Shown in pieces: positions 23,792 to 36,274 of a stretch of 64,000 nucleotides of DNA. Origin of the DNA: Macrostomum lignano. Lineage: Eukaryota. The DNA is taken from positions 248,001-312,000 of the forward strand of contig NIVC01001113.1 in assembly GCA_002269645.1 (NCBI GenBank), in the 5' to 3' direction. The first letter of the stretch is position 1. Every line of letters starts with the position of its first letter. Under the pieces are notes generated by a model. That model saw only the letters and a program-made list of their open reading frames with translations. It was not told where the DNA came from and made no database searches. The translations under genes and the position numbers were made by a program.

Positions 23792-24248
23792 CTGCAATAC
23801 ATGACATAATTAATATCATTGGGACTGCAATTTAATATTTTGTTAGTAGCATATTGCCCACATGTCTATGGTTTATTAAGCTCGCAATATTATTCTGCAT
23901 TTTTTACAGGATTGTGCAATTATGCCTATTATTATGTTGTGCCTAATAAATGCTTTTATCCTTGCAATGTTGTTGCCAATTTTATTCTACTATCACTGAA
24001 TATATATATCTATACATTACCTGTGTGCCATTATTATATGATAATATTTTTTCTTATTCAACTATGTACCATTAATAATTCTACTCAATTACGTTATTAG
24101 CTCTCAATATGTTCTGTTTAACTGGTGCCTACGTATATCGCTCTTTATGCTAATAGTAATAGTCATAGTCAAATAAAAGTCAAATAATAAAAGTCAAATA
24201 CATACGATTATTACAAGAATAAGTATGCAATGAGGATTGCAAACTTTT

Positions 24249-24264
24249 AAAAGTAGGGGGGAGG
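24249..24264 (+). promoter_or_regulatory. Polypurine tract preceding a putative 3' LTR that starts near 24265
   Basis: AAAAGTAGGGGGGAGG followed by (C/T)GTAGT; LTR end not defined. Confidence 0.55.
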
Positions 24265-24671
24265 CGTAGTAGGGCAGTATTCTAGGGGAAGATTTAATAG
24301 CGAAGCAGATATGCTTTTACACTACTGTCAGTAGTTTTAGCTAGGGGAAAAATTTAGAGCGGGGGAAAATCGCTAGTTTTCGGGATTCTTTAGAAGTATA
24401 GAGCTCTGGCCCCGGGGAGGTTTATGATTTGTACTCGGGGTGGTGGGCGGGCGGCCCCAGCATGGATGCCACGGCTCTAGGCCTTCGGGCCATCCCTAAT
24501 AGGCAAGGGGTCTATCCAACCTGGTTTTTGGGCACGGGCTCCTGACTGGTTCGTCGAACCGCTGTCACTGTCCCTCGGGGAGGTTTGGTTTTTTTTATAT
24601 TGCCCTGTACAGTCCTCTATAGTCTAACTTGGCTTTTGTGTACATTAGTGCACTCCCAATCTGGAACCTTA

Positions 24672-24748
24672 TTTATATCTAGTGGCGTAAGAGCCTATAC
24701 AATGGCTGAGGCGCCGGAATTACCTATCTGAATCTGAATCTGAATCAG
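24672..24748 (+). mobile_element. Short LINE-like 3' end with (TCTGAA)n tail
   Basis: ..GCCGGAATTACCTA followed by TCTGAA x3; tail type only. Confidence 0.3.
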
Positions 24749-25877
24749 ACTCGCTTTTGGCCCGCGTAGCCTCTTTGGTGACTAGCAAGCAATTGACACC
24801 TAGTACTACTCGTTATCCACAGTGTGGGGCGACGTATTATTATCTGTCATATTGCAAACTATACTCACTGGGGTCGTTACACTCTCCTGGTGGCTCTCCT
24901 GGCGATCCGGCGGCTCTCCTGGCAGCTTGGCGGCTCTCCTGGCGGCTCGGCTTGGCTCGGCTCGGCTCGGCGGCTCGACCAGGCCCGGCAACTCGGCAGC
25001 TCGGCGGTTGCGGCGTGGCGGCGGCGGCTTCTGCGGCGCCAGGCCTCGCCCAACGGCTCTTCATCGGCCAGGCCGGCTGCGCGCAATCTGTTTCTCAGCG
25101 CCAGGCTTCCTACGCTTCAGGCCGTCTAGCTAGCGCATAGTCTAAGGACATTTATTGTATTTAGGCAACTTTTAACTACTTCCAGTAGCAGTAATCAAGT
25201 TTTATTTATTTTTATAGTTTTATAATCAGGCCGCTGTTTTATTAAGGCCTCATGTAAGTAGATAGTAATAGTAAGCGTTGTGCTCCACGCGACACCGACT
25301 CACCTCCGAGCTTGAACACCAAGAAGGCTAACCATCGAGATTCAGCCGGTCCGAGTCGCAAATCCGAACCAAGAACAATGCTGTCTCCTTCAAGTGCGCC
25401 GCTTCCTGAGACGCCTTCTCAAACTGGTGCAACCAAAGGTGAGCGGGCTGTGCCTATGCCTCCTCCTAAAAGGGACAGCCTAGAAATTAAGTCAGAAAAG
25501 GGCAAGACAACAATCATTGGAATTCCGATTCCTGACAAGACTGTTAGCAAAATCATTAATCTACCGAACAACAGCAATCATTTACCTAAAGTTGAGTTTG
25601 TCTGTCTGTGCGCGTCACGTTTCCGGGCGAACGGCTGGTCCGCCGTCCGTGGGACCTGTACCATTCGATGGCACATCTTTCTGGGACAATGTGGCATGTT
25701 TCAAATCGCCTTAATGTTGACAGGGAGCTTGGCAATGTGGGAAAAACTGTATTTTTCCTATCTCCTTAGTGCATTCTTGTTGCAATCATAAAAGCAAGTT
25801 GCAGTTAAATTAAAAGCAACAAAAAACGAGACCCCAGCAACCAAAGCACGAGACCGTAGCAACCAAAATCAAAAATA

Positions 25878-26268
25878 CCCTAGCAACCAATTCGAAGACC
25901 CTAGAAACCAATTCGAAGACCCTAGCAACCAATTCGAAGACCCTAGCAACCAATTCGAGGACCCTAGCAACCAATTCGAGAACCCTAGCAACCAATTCAA
26001 GGACCCTAGCAACCAATCCGAGGACCCTAGCAACCAATTCGAAGACCCTAGCAACCAATTCGAAGACCCTAGCAACCAATTCGAAGACCCTAGCAACCAA
26101 TTCGAAGACCCTAGCAACCAATTCGAGGACCCTAGCAACCAATTCGAAGACCCTAGCAACCAATTCGAGGACCCTAGCAACCAATTCGAAGACCCTAGCA
26201 ACCAATTCGAAGACCCTAGCAACCAATCCGAAGACCCTAGCAACCAATTCGAAGACCCTAGCAACCAA
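25878..26268. repeat. 21-bp tandem repeat (CCCTAGCAACCAATTCGAAGA), about 18-19 copies, inside the Helitron 5' region
   Basis: Direct reading. Confidence 0.97.
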
Positions 26269-28868
26269 TGAACTCATGAACATTGAGATTTATCGTGTTT
26301 TGAAATAAATCTGCCTTCGCCCCTTTCTTTCGATGCACAAGCGCAAAGAACTGATTTAATAGTAGACGAATCGACTCTCGAATCTTCCCCCTTTATTTCA
26401 AAACACGAGCGAGACAAACAAAATTGTCTATGGCAATTCATCAACCAATGAAAAGGCACGGGGGGGAACCGGATGCAAAAGAGTTAAAAACGAAAATAGC
26501 CAGAGCCAGAATAGCAATCCATTCTATTCATTCATCCATGGTTCTGCTATTCTGCTAAATTCTGCTATTCTGCTATTCTGCTAAAGAGTCTATGGTCTTT
26601 TGTGTCGTAAGCGCAAACGCGGTGCGGTCGCGATTTCTTTGGTTTCTTTGGCTATACATATATATCTATCGCTTTATCGTTTGACGTAATTCTTTTACGT
26701 CAATTTCGAATCGAATCGAACTGCTATCTTGCATTTTTTAGTCCCATGGCTAAACGTAAGAGCGTTGCTCAGAAAAGTCGCGAAGCCAAGCAAAGTAGGA
26801 AGGAAGAAACTGCAGAAGATAGGGAGCTACGGTTACAAAAGCACCAAGAACGCGCGCGTATACGCCGTGAAACGGAGAGCAAAAGCTCTCGAGAAGCGCG
26901 TCTGGAACGCGATCGCCTGGATACTGCGGCCCGACGCACAGGCGAATCAGAGACTGAGCGAGTTTCACGACAGGCCAGGGACAAAGCCCGCGGTACGGAG
27001 CGCCGTTTAGTCGAGTCGGAGATACAACGACGAGCCCGTCTGGAGGCCGAACGGCGCAGTTCTACGCAGCGCAGGACATTGAATGTTACTGACGTAGCTT
27101 CAGCGTTAGAAGTCAGTCAAGGTCGACGTATGTAAGTATTAATATATATATTATTGTTTCTTTTCTTGTCGTCGTATCTAAACATGGATTAAACTTTGGA
27201 TTTAAAGTATTAAACGTTGTTAACTGCAGGTCAGTCACGGGTCGCGCGCTCAGTGTAACCTGCACCCAGGTTACTCCTGTCAGTGGGGATGGCAACTGCT
27301 ACTTTCACGCCGTTGCGGATCAGTTGCGCGGAACGCCGCTGGCCATGGACCACGCCATGGTCAGGCGAACAATGGCAGACAGACTCCCGCCTCTGCTCCA
27401 GGAGCAGGCTGCCCTGCTGCAGGTCGAGCGGCTGACTATCGAGCAGGTGGTACGGGACACCTTGACTGATGGGGTCTACGTTCATGATTTTGTCACGCCT
27501 TTGCTTGGCAAAATCCTGAACGTGGATTTCGCCATTTATCAGCTTGACGAGTCCCAAGACGACAGGCTGACCTGCGTGCAGAGCTCACCAGCAGCGACGC
27601 TGCCGTCTGTGGCCACCGTTCTGCTGCTGTACCACCGCAGTAACCAGCATTACGAGTCGCTGCGCGTCATCAGTGGATGTTTTCTAGATGCTACAGTGGG
27701 GTCTGATAGCGGTGCTCGTTCTATGAGCAGTGCACAGGCGGAGCTACCCGACCTCTCTGAGATCTCCACCCGTGTTTACAATAATGTCGAGACTGAGACG
27801 GACAGTGCTGCCCGACTGAGTGCAGCACGTGCCCGAGATGCCCTGCGCCAGAGTTGGCAGCTGACTGCGACTGCTATGAAGCCACATTTTGCGGGGCGAA
27901 TGGCGTTACAATGCAAGAAATGCAGCGCCCTGCTCTGGCAATATGAACCACCTGGAATGTGCTGTAAGGGCGGAAAGGTGAAATTGACGCCGCCACAAAT
28001 CCCGGACGAGCTCAAGAGACTTTATCTGGGTGAGCATGACAAAAGCGCCAACTTCCTGAACAACGTAAGAAAGATCAATGCTCTGCTTCACATGTGTTTA
28101 TTGGGAGTGAATGAGAGACTACTACCTGGTGGATGTATTAACGTGATTGTTCATGGAGAGGTTCACCACCGAATGGGAAGTTTGCTCCCTGAAGGAAATT
28201 GTGCAGCAAAGTTTTGCCAGATCTTTTTTTGTGACTCCGAATTGGAGACAAGGATGGCCATGGTCCAGGGCATTGACCGCCAGCTGATAGAATTGCTTCA
28301 GAACTTGCTGCACCGACACAATTCTTATGTGCGCAGTTTCAAAGCTGCGATTGAGAGACTGACTGAGGACCCTCAGCTGAAGCATTCGTCTCTTGTGATT
28401 CGCGCGGACCGAAAGCCAGCTGGGGAACACTTAAGGTAAATGATTTTGAGATGTTGTGAACATACATGGTTTTAATTATTCCAAACTATCCCTATTTGTA
28501 TGACTAATATTATTATAACTATTATTTTTCTGCATTTACAGACGCTTTAACCTTCCTGCTTTCAGTGAGGTTGCTGTCTTGACTGGCACTGAGACTGCTG
28601 ATGATGGTGAGGGCCCTGTGACAACGCGGGACGTGATTCTACACCTGCGTGGCGGCGGACTGCAGCGAATCGATGAGACGAACCGTAGTTACGACCCCCT
28701 GGAGTATGTATTATTTCACCCTTGTGGAGAAGATGGTTGGAACTTGGAATTGAAAATGTCGAACGGTCGCAAGCTGACACCCATGGGGATGTACTCCTAT
28801 CTAATGATGACGCGACCTGGCGTGTTCAACCCACTACATTACGGCCGGCGATTGTACCAACAATACAT

Positions 28869-29113
28869 GGTCGGGAGGTTCCGCCTCTCGGAGCGCGCTC
28901 GCGCGCTTCCCATGGCTGCCGCCTTCACGCGGCGGGACCGTCCGGGTTCGCCCGGCCAAGTGCAGCCACCACCCTGGACCCGTGCGAGGGTCTTCGAGCG
29001 CCCCGCTGGCCGTCCTCTCGACGGACGGCCTCCGCGCGCTCGATTTCCTCCGCACGGTAGGGGCGCAGACACGCCCCCCCCCCCCGGATCTCCGGCCGGG
29101 AGTAACAACAACA
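28869..29113 (+). mobile_element. 245-bp non-autonomous Ingi/Vingi-type retroposon (RIME-like)
   Basis: 13-bp TSD ACCAACAATACAT (28856-68, 29114-26); (AAC)n tail; 5' HDV-like ribozyme; 3' half reads PLAVLSTDGLRALDFLRTVG, resembling an Ingi ORF C-terminus. Confidence 0.88.
28877..28968 (+). ncRNA. HDV-like self-cleaving ribozyme
   Basis: P1 GGTTCC/GGGACC; P2 TGGCTGC-C / G-(T)-GCAGCCA; P3 GCC/GGC; L3 TTCACGC; GT; P4 CCGGG-TTCG-CCCGG; J4/2 CCAA; hairpin in J1/2. Confidence 0.85.
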
Positions 29114-32100
29114 ACCAACAATACATTGTGGATCAGGCAGCCAAAATCGAATCCGAGCGGCTCAAGTACCAGCGATTTCACCAGAAAGACTTGCGCTCAG
29201 AGACGTACAGTGGCCTCAAAGACGCATTGGTTGCTGCGGACGGAGATGCGAGTCAGGTTGGGCAGCGGGTGATTCTGTCCTCGAGCTTTGTGGGTGGTCC
29301 CTGATACTTGAGAGAGCGACAGCAAGATGCGATGGCCTATGTTCAGAGCTTTGGGCGACCTGATCTTTTCATCACGATGACCTCCAATCCAACATGGGAT
29401 GAAATCACACAGGAGCTGCTGTCAGGTCAATCTGCAGCTAACAGACCAGATCTGACAATACGAGTTTTTGATCTAAAAAAGAAAGCACTGCTGCATTATC
29501 CCAAGACCCGGTTCGGCAAGCAGGTGGCTCATGTTTGCTGCCAAGAATACCAGAAGCGAGGTAAAGATAAATATTAAATATCCTCAAGGCATAAACACAA
29601 AATCTTCAAGGTTAATTACATTAGCTTCCATTGAACAGGGCTGCCCCATGTTCACATCCTGCTGTGGCTGGCGGTTCAAGATCGCATCACCCCAGATCGA
29701 TACGACGAAGTCGTGAGCGCAGAGATCCCCAGTGTGGAAGAAGATCCCGAGCTGCACAGACTGGTCGTTGATCACATGCTGCACGGGCCATGCGGGGAAC
29801 TCAACCCCCGATGTGTGTGCATGGTGAACGGAGCGTGCAGCAAGGGATTTCCCAAGGATTTCCAGACCGCAACTGTTGTCAACGACAGTGGATACCCGTT
29901 TTACCGAAGGCGTTCGCCAGATATGGGTGGGCATGTGGGCAAGAAGCTCTTCCGTGGCAAGGAGCTGCATATCGACAACAGGTAAGCTACTACTGTTCGG
30001 TCAACCCAACCCAACAAACCCAATATAAAAATTCCAAATTTTTATGTATGGAAAGCGCATATTGCAAAGCATATTTTAACATTTCCACCTAAGGTTTGTC
30101 GTGCCCTACAATCCTGACTTGCTGAGCATTTTCCGCTGTCACATCAATGTGGAAGTCCGTGCCACCGTCAAGGCTATTAAATATGTTGTAAAATACTTAA
30201 ACAAAGGTTCCGACATGGCGGTGTGTCAGCTAACTCCGGAACAGCGAGAGCAGAGGAATCGGGACGAAATTTCTGCGTACCTATTGGCAAGGTATTTAGG
30301 CCCGCATGAAGGTGCACAGATCATTTTTGGATTTGACATGCACAGCCGATCACCGCCTGTAGTTCAACTGTGTGTGCACCTACCAGGCCAGAACAAGGTT
30401 TACTTCACCGAAGACACTGCTGCAGTGCGCGCCGTGAAGCCACCGAAAAGCACGCTGACTGCATTTTTTGAACTCTGCCGCAGCGATGACTTTGCCCGCA
30501 CTCACCTCTACACCGAGGTCCCCCAATACTACGTATGGCACGCGGGAAAGAATGAATGGCAGCGAGCCAAGCTGGGAACTCCGCTGGAAGGTCGTCCCGA
30601 TATTCGCCAGCGAGAATGTATAGGTCGCCTGTACATCGTGAGCCCCAGAGCCGGAGATGTGTTTTACCTCCGACTGGCGCTACTCCGTGTCAGAGGACCA
30701 GCGAGCTACCAGTCTTTGCGTACGGTCAATGGAGTTTTGTGCCAGAACTTTAGAGATGCGTGCAGGGCGCTGGGAATTCTAGAAGACGACCAGCATTGGA
30801 GACTGTGCATGGAAGAGGCAGTGGAGACACAGATGCCATTTGCACTGCGTTGTTTGTTCTCTATTATCCTGGTTCACGGAGATCCGACCAACATCCCAGA
30901 TCTATGGCGCCGCTTCCATGTCGCCATGGGCGAAGACTTCGCTCGAGAGTCAGGCGATAAGCCTGCGTACAGGACCGAGTGCTGCAGGATCTGAAGTTGC
31001 GACTGGAGGCCATGGGCGGCTGCAGCCTTTCGCAGTACGGACTTCCAGAGACGCGCCAGCTATCAGCAGAAGAACCCGAGTTCGATACCTGGCAATTGTG
31101 CAGCTTCGTCGAACAGCGGGAGCAGCAGTTAACAGATGAACAGCGAGCGGTATATGATGCTGTGTTGCAAAGTGTGCAAGGAGGCGAAGGTGACATGCAC
31201 TTCATTGATGCTGCGGGTGGAACTGGAAAAAGTTTTTTGTTGGAGCTTCTTCTCGCGAATGTGCGCTCCCGTGGCGGAGTTGCGGTGGCCGTAGCCAGTA
31301 CTGGAATTGCAGCAACACTTCTGCCTGGAGGTCAAACTGCTCATTCGGCGTTCACGATTCCGGTTTCATCCGTGCGACAGAATAATAGCTTCTGTGCAAT
31401 TGGGAAACAGAGCGCAATGGCAGAGAAGTTGCGAATAGCAAAATTGATTGTCTGGGACGAGAGCGGCATGATCCACCGGAAAGATCTGGAGACTGTGGAG
31501 CGGAGCCTGAGAGATCTCGTTGCCCCAAGACCTTTCGGAGGATTGGTTGTTGTGCTTGCTGGTGACTTCAGACAGTTGTTGGCTGTTATCAAGGGTGGAA
31601 CTGCTGCTAACACGATCGAGGCCTGCATCAACAAGAGTGTGCTGTGGGCAGGATTTAGACAGCATCGGCTGACACGCAACCTGCGTCTCCTGGCGCACGG
31701 AGACTCATTAAGTTACTCGGAGTTTCTTCTGCAAGTTGGTGAGGGGAAATTGCCGGAGGACAGCCAAGGCAACGTTCAGCTGCCAGCTGGGATTTGCATG
31801 CCGGATCGTGCGCAGACCCACGATCTGATCCGACACGTATTTTCAAGCTTCGATGAGTCTGTGAAGCGAGACCGTCTGTTCGAGTCGCGAGCGATACTGG
31901 CACCGCATAACCGTACAGTAGACGAAGTGAACTCGGCTTGCATGGCAATGTTTTCGAGGGACACGATTGAATACCGCTCTTTCGACTCTATACCATACGA
32001 TGAAGAGGCAGCCGTGCAGTTTCCGGCGGAAGTGCTTAACGCTCTGGACCCCCCGGGATTACCCCAGCACCGACTGCAACTGAAAACTGGTGTGCCGGTC

Positions 32101-33229
32101 ATGTTGCTAAGAAACCTGCATCCGTCGAGGCTTTGCAACGGAACCCGCCTGATACTGACAAAGCTGGAGCCGAACATGCTGGTCGCACGTATCGCTACAG
32201 GCGCATTTAAGGGTGAACAAGTTCTGTTGCCGAGAATCCCACTTGAGCCAAGCGCCGCAGATTTGCCGATTCGATTCAGGCGGCTGCAGTTTCCGATTAG
32301 ATTGTGCTTTGGAATTACCATTCATAAGAGCCAGGGCCAGAGCCTCGATTTTTTCGGTGTTCACCTTGGTATATCCTGTTTTCAACACGGTCAGCTGTAC
32401 GTTGCTCTGAGCCGTGCGAGAGATCCCAGAAATATACGAGTGCTTGCTAAAGGCGGTAGAACAAAAAATGTAGTCCTGAAGGCAGTTCTGCCTACATGAT
32501 TGAAATGCAGAAGGAAACAAATTACTGAGCCTCCAAATTTACTTTACGAATTTTTAAACGAGAAAAAATTGTGTACATTTGTATGCCCCTTGATAATCAC
32601 TTACTGAAGATGCTAAACTGTTGTGCTTACAATACGATGACACGTTTTTTTCATTGTTTGTATAATGCGTAGTTTCGACGCTTAAAGAGCTTTTCTCTCT
32701 GGTTGAGAGACCGTGAGTGCCTAATTGTAACAAAATGAATAGTCCTTTATCATGCGCCCATTCCACTTTATTTCAAAATGTTTATGATGTTTCACAGTTT
32801 GCATCTCATAAATACAGTCTTCTTCTCTTATATTTATATGTAAGAGTCAACGTTTCTGCCTTTGTATAAAATCAAGGTTCACGGCGAACTGCTGAACTGC
32901 CAACCGTCGAGCTTGCTTTATTTCGATGGCTATTTTTGGGACGCGATACACACGAACTCAAATCTCATTATTACTGCCATGGAGCTTGCATGCCGATTTG
33001 CTTTAATTTTTTAGAAACGTAATTTTTTTAGAAACGTAAACTCGGGTCTTTATTTGTCTATGGAAATTGCACGATAGTACCAGCTAGGGCTGCCTTTGAG
33101 CAGCTAACGCTAGAGCTAGAAGCAGTTGATTTTGGGCAGACAAACTTTCGTTGCGCCCTTCGCTATTCTTGCAAGGCGATAGATTCGTATTTATAGTCTA
33201 ATTCTACTAATTATTAAGTGTGATTTAGA

Positions 33230-33715
33230 ATGTCTCAACACTCAAACAACAAGCCAGACAAGCCAGAGAACTACGTGGAATCGTTTGAGCGGCAGCGCAG
33301 AGGCGTGGAACAGCATCTGAAGGTCTTCATGGAGAAGACTTTTCACAACATGAAGCAGCAAGAACAGATTGCCCAACACGAAGCCGAACACAAGAAAGTG
33401 TTCTCCGATATTGTAGGAGAACAGGGTTCAACAATAGCTGATCTGAGAAAGCGCATCGCAGAATTGGAAGAAGGGCAGAAGGCGAGGGACGACGAGATCG
33501 CCATACTCAGGTACGATTTGGACATCGTTCGGGCAGAGCGGGACCATCTGGAATCAATCCTTGGAGAGAGACTGGACGAATCGGAGGAACTGACGCCACG
33601 ACGGAAGGAACCTCGGCTGGGACCAGATCGGTGTGAGGCAGACAACCCTGACGCCTCCTGTATGTCCAAGGATTTGCCTGCAGAGTCAGCTAATGAAACC
33701 ATCGATACTGAATGA
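33230..33715 (+). CDS. Orphan coiled-coil protein (161 aa)
   Basis: Clean ATG-TGA ORF with heptad pattern, AT-rich flanks; no family recognised. Confidence 0.45.
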   Translation: MSQHSNNKPDKPENYVESFERQRRGVEQHLKVFMEKTFHNMKQQEQIAQHEAEHKKVFSDIVGEQGSTIADLRKRIAELEEGQKARDDEIAILRYDLDIVRAERDHLESILGERLDESEELTPRRKEPRLGPDRCEADNPDASCMSKDLPAESANETIDTE

Positions 33716-34275
33716 AACGGTGTGAAGCAGCCGCCGATAAATCGCACTGACGTCAAGGACTGTAATAGAAGTATATATCATTTATTTCAAGGACTTACTG
33801 AATTTACAGACGATATGTTAAAAATTGCAGAGCTTTTTAGAGAAGAGTAGTAGAGAAAAGTAGAGCTTTTTAACTCCGTCGAATGTGAGTCATTTTTATT
33901 GTAAATTTTGATTCTTGCTGAGCTGTCCTCAAAGTCAATAAACTCCATCAATAAACTCAGCGCGTAAATTCGATTTGTGCCATCGCATCGATTTTTTTGC
34001 AAATAAGTACAAGATGTGAAAGTCACACTACACAGCATTTCAGTATTATTTTAAGTATTTCCGTTGCATTGTCTATTGCGATTTGTTATCGATTTTTAAT
34101 AATATCAATTAAAATTATGTTGGCTCACATACTGTAAGACTAGGATTCCGAGGATTTGCATCCCATAGATTGGAATTTTTCACGGATGGGACAATTTAAT
34201 GGGGGAGTTCTGCAATAGATTAGATTTTTCCGTGGATGGGACACTTTAAGCGGGGGGTTCTGCTAGTTTAGACTA

Positions 34276-35098
34276 ATGCATGACTCCAGGATTCCGCCTG
34301 AACCTGTTCCTACCACTGCACACGCCAACCCTTGTGTACAGCCTCTAGACTGCAGCATCACCTGTGATCTCGACGACGAGAACTCGATTCGTCGCAAGGC
34401 TGAGCAAGCAGAAAATCTCAAAAAGATCAGATCACGCTCAAACAGCCGCACCTCGGGGCGCACATCTAACAGCCAAGCACCTCAGCCAAGCACTATGCAA
34501 TCACAACAACCAACTCAGGAACAACACTCAATCATCAGCTCACAACCTCAAACTGACACGCAATCGCAGCAGCACCAGCCGTCCACTGCCAATTCACAGC
34601 AACCACACACGCAACAACAACCACCAACAACACAACAACAGCAGCACACTGAAACCTACTCTAAAACAACCGAACCTAGAAATTGTCTATCTAGCCTCAC
34701 TAGCCAGCAAAACCAGCCTAAGCAACAAAGCCAAACAAATCAATCAAGCTCTAGTCAACTTAGCCTACTAAATTCTGCAACTAAGAACCACCAACCAAGA
34801 ACTAATAACAACGCTAAATCGGCTCCAGTCATTTTCGAAATTGCACAGGAAGGAAAAGATCCCATTAAATTTGAATGGTTTCTAAAATCAAACTTCCCAG
34901 AAGTAAGAATCAGGTCAGTGAAGGTCCTCTACCATAGCTCAGGCTATGTAGTAACGCCGGACCATCCTAAGGACTTTAATACATAACTATGTGCTAATCT
35001 TAAAACTAACAAAATAAATAACTGTGAAATCACAAGGCGCACGGCAGCTGTGCGCATCGTTTCAAGGGCAACGGGAGCTCTGACTCCACATATCCGCC
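34276..35098 (+). pseudogene. Q/S/T-rich ORF, possibly a LINE ORF1-like fragment
   Basis: Low-complexity N-terminus then an RRM-like segment (FPEVRIRSVKVL..SGYVVTP); cut by the Gypsy insertion; weak assignment. Confidence 0.3.
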
Positions 35099-35635
35099 TC
35101 TTCACTAAGCCCGAGGCAGTGCACGAGCAGTGCAATCTTCCTGGCTTCTTGCAAGCCATCGACTCCTGACGCTAGCAGGTAGGTGTCGAACTCAGCGGCC
35201 CAAGTTTCCCATGAAACCACAGGTGTTCCTGGGTTGTCGAGAAATGGAGGCGATTCTCTGAAGTGTAGTCGTAGCGCTGGCGCAGTGGCGTTGTCAGAGC
35301 TGCTTATTTCTAACTTCGCTGAGTTGAGTTTGCAGAATTGCAAGGCGATAGCGAGAGTTGGGCTTGTGGGCCTTGGCTGCCGTGAGTTGAGTTGAATTTT
35401 GCGCGGGGTGGGTTTTCGCTAAGTCCCTGCTTGTGATGCCAGTGTTGTGGCCGCTGGCCAAATAAATGAAATCGATTCACTTAAGGCGAAGGAGAGGAGA
35501 GGAGAGGTGCGGAGAGGTAGCTCTCTGCTAGTCAATATATATATATATATATATATATTATCTGACTGATAAGAGCTAGATGTACATCGGTGCGCGTACA
35601 TTGCATAATAGCATAGAGCATGCACATTCACAGCA
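35098..35635 (-). mobile_element. Ty3/Gypsy 5' end: ~193-bp LTR (35443-35635), PBS (35424-35441), gag start
   Basis: Minus strand TGCTGTG...CACAACA then C-TGGCATCACAAGCAGGGA; gag PPFL..PG.P.VSWETWAAEFDTYLLASG..RKIALLVHCLG. Confidence 0.8.
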
Positions 35636-36031
35636 GGTGCCAAGTGTGGATTTAAGTAAGGACAGTTTTTTATTCTCTAGAGTTGCGCACAAGAGGGATT
35701 TTCATTCTCCCGAGAGCTAAGAGCAGAAAAGGAAAAGGCTGATGGGGGGAGCCGTGTTTCCTGCCCCAACTCAATTGTGTCGTGCTTAATTAGGATTGAA
35801 AATCTGGCAGAGCATCAAGACAGCTCGCTTTTTTCTAAAAATTTAAAATTGTTGCCACTCAGCGACATTCTGCTTTAAGCTCAGATTTACGAGTATCTGG
35901 TAAGTAAACTCAACCATCACTTACATAACATATAGAATATACTCGTAGAATCTACATTATTATAATGTAGATTAATTATATGTGGATTTTCTTCTTTGAC
36001 AATCCTCTTAGCGCCAACTCGTATAATAGCA

Positions 36032-36274
36032 ATGGAAAACCAAATGGAAGTTGACAACGCGGATGAGTACTGCAAAAGTTTAGAGCACCTGCTGGAGTCA
36101 ATTTTCAAGAGCAACGACTTGAGCAACTGGACGGTGTGGGTTCGCAATTACAACGCTATTGCAAAAGTACGGTTTCCTATATCCACCATCACGGGTAGCC
36201 TACCTAAAACCTCCAATGAAAAAGAAGCTCGAATCGCGGAACTGATGAAGATGAAGATGGGATCCATCGAATGA
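36032..36274 (+). pseudogene. Orphan ORF (MENQMEVD..), apparently continuing with lesions to ~36520
   Basis: Protein-like composition only. Confidence 0.3.

Larger units (their letters stand above)
26746..32499 (+). pseudogene. Helitron RepHel with N-terminal OTU protease; 5 exons (26746-27131, 27230-28435, 28542-29560, 29639-29981, 30094-32499)
   Basis: GDGNCYFHAVADQL / QHYESL (OTU); C..C..CC..GKV; PDLFITMT.NP.W; EYQKRG|LPHVHILLW (HUH); IKYVVKY; GGTGKS, WDE, GDFRQ, QFPIRL..TIHKSQGQS (PIF1). All four GT-AG introns are frame-consistent. Lesions: retroposon insertion, TGA 29302, frameshift near 30975. Confidence 0.93.
25578..33087 (+). mobile_element. Helitron (~7.5 kb)
   Basis: 5' A|TC..GTTTGTCTGTCTGTG..AACGGCTGG; RepHel gene; 3' degenerate palindrome CTAT..AATTGCACGATAG then CTAG (33084-87); joining the flanks gives a continuous frame (LPNNS-K-AAFEQLTLELEAVDF..). 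The 3' flank is G, not the expected T. Confidence 0.7.

Noticed and set aside
25810-26283. ORFs of ARVFELV / LLGSSNW repeats; CRISPR-like array
   Set aside because: Pure 21-bp tandem repeat with no unique spacers
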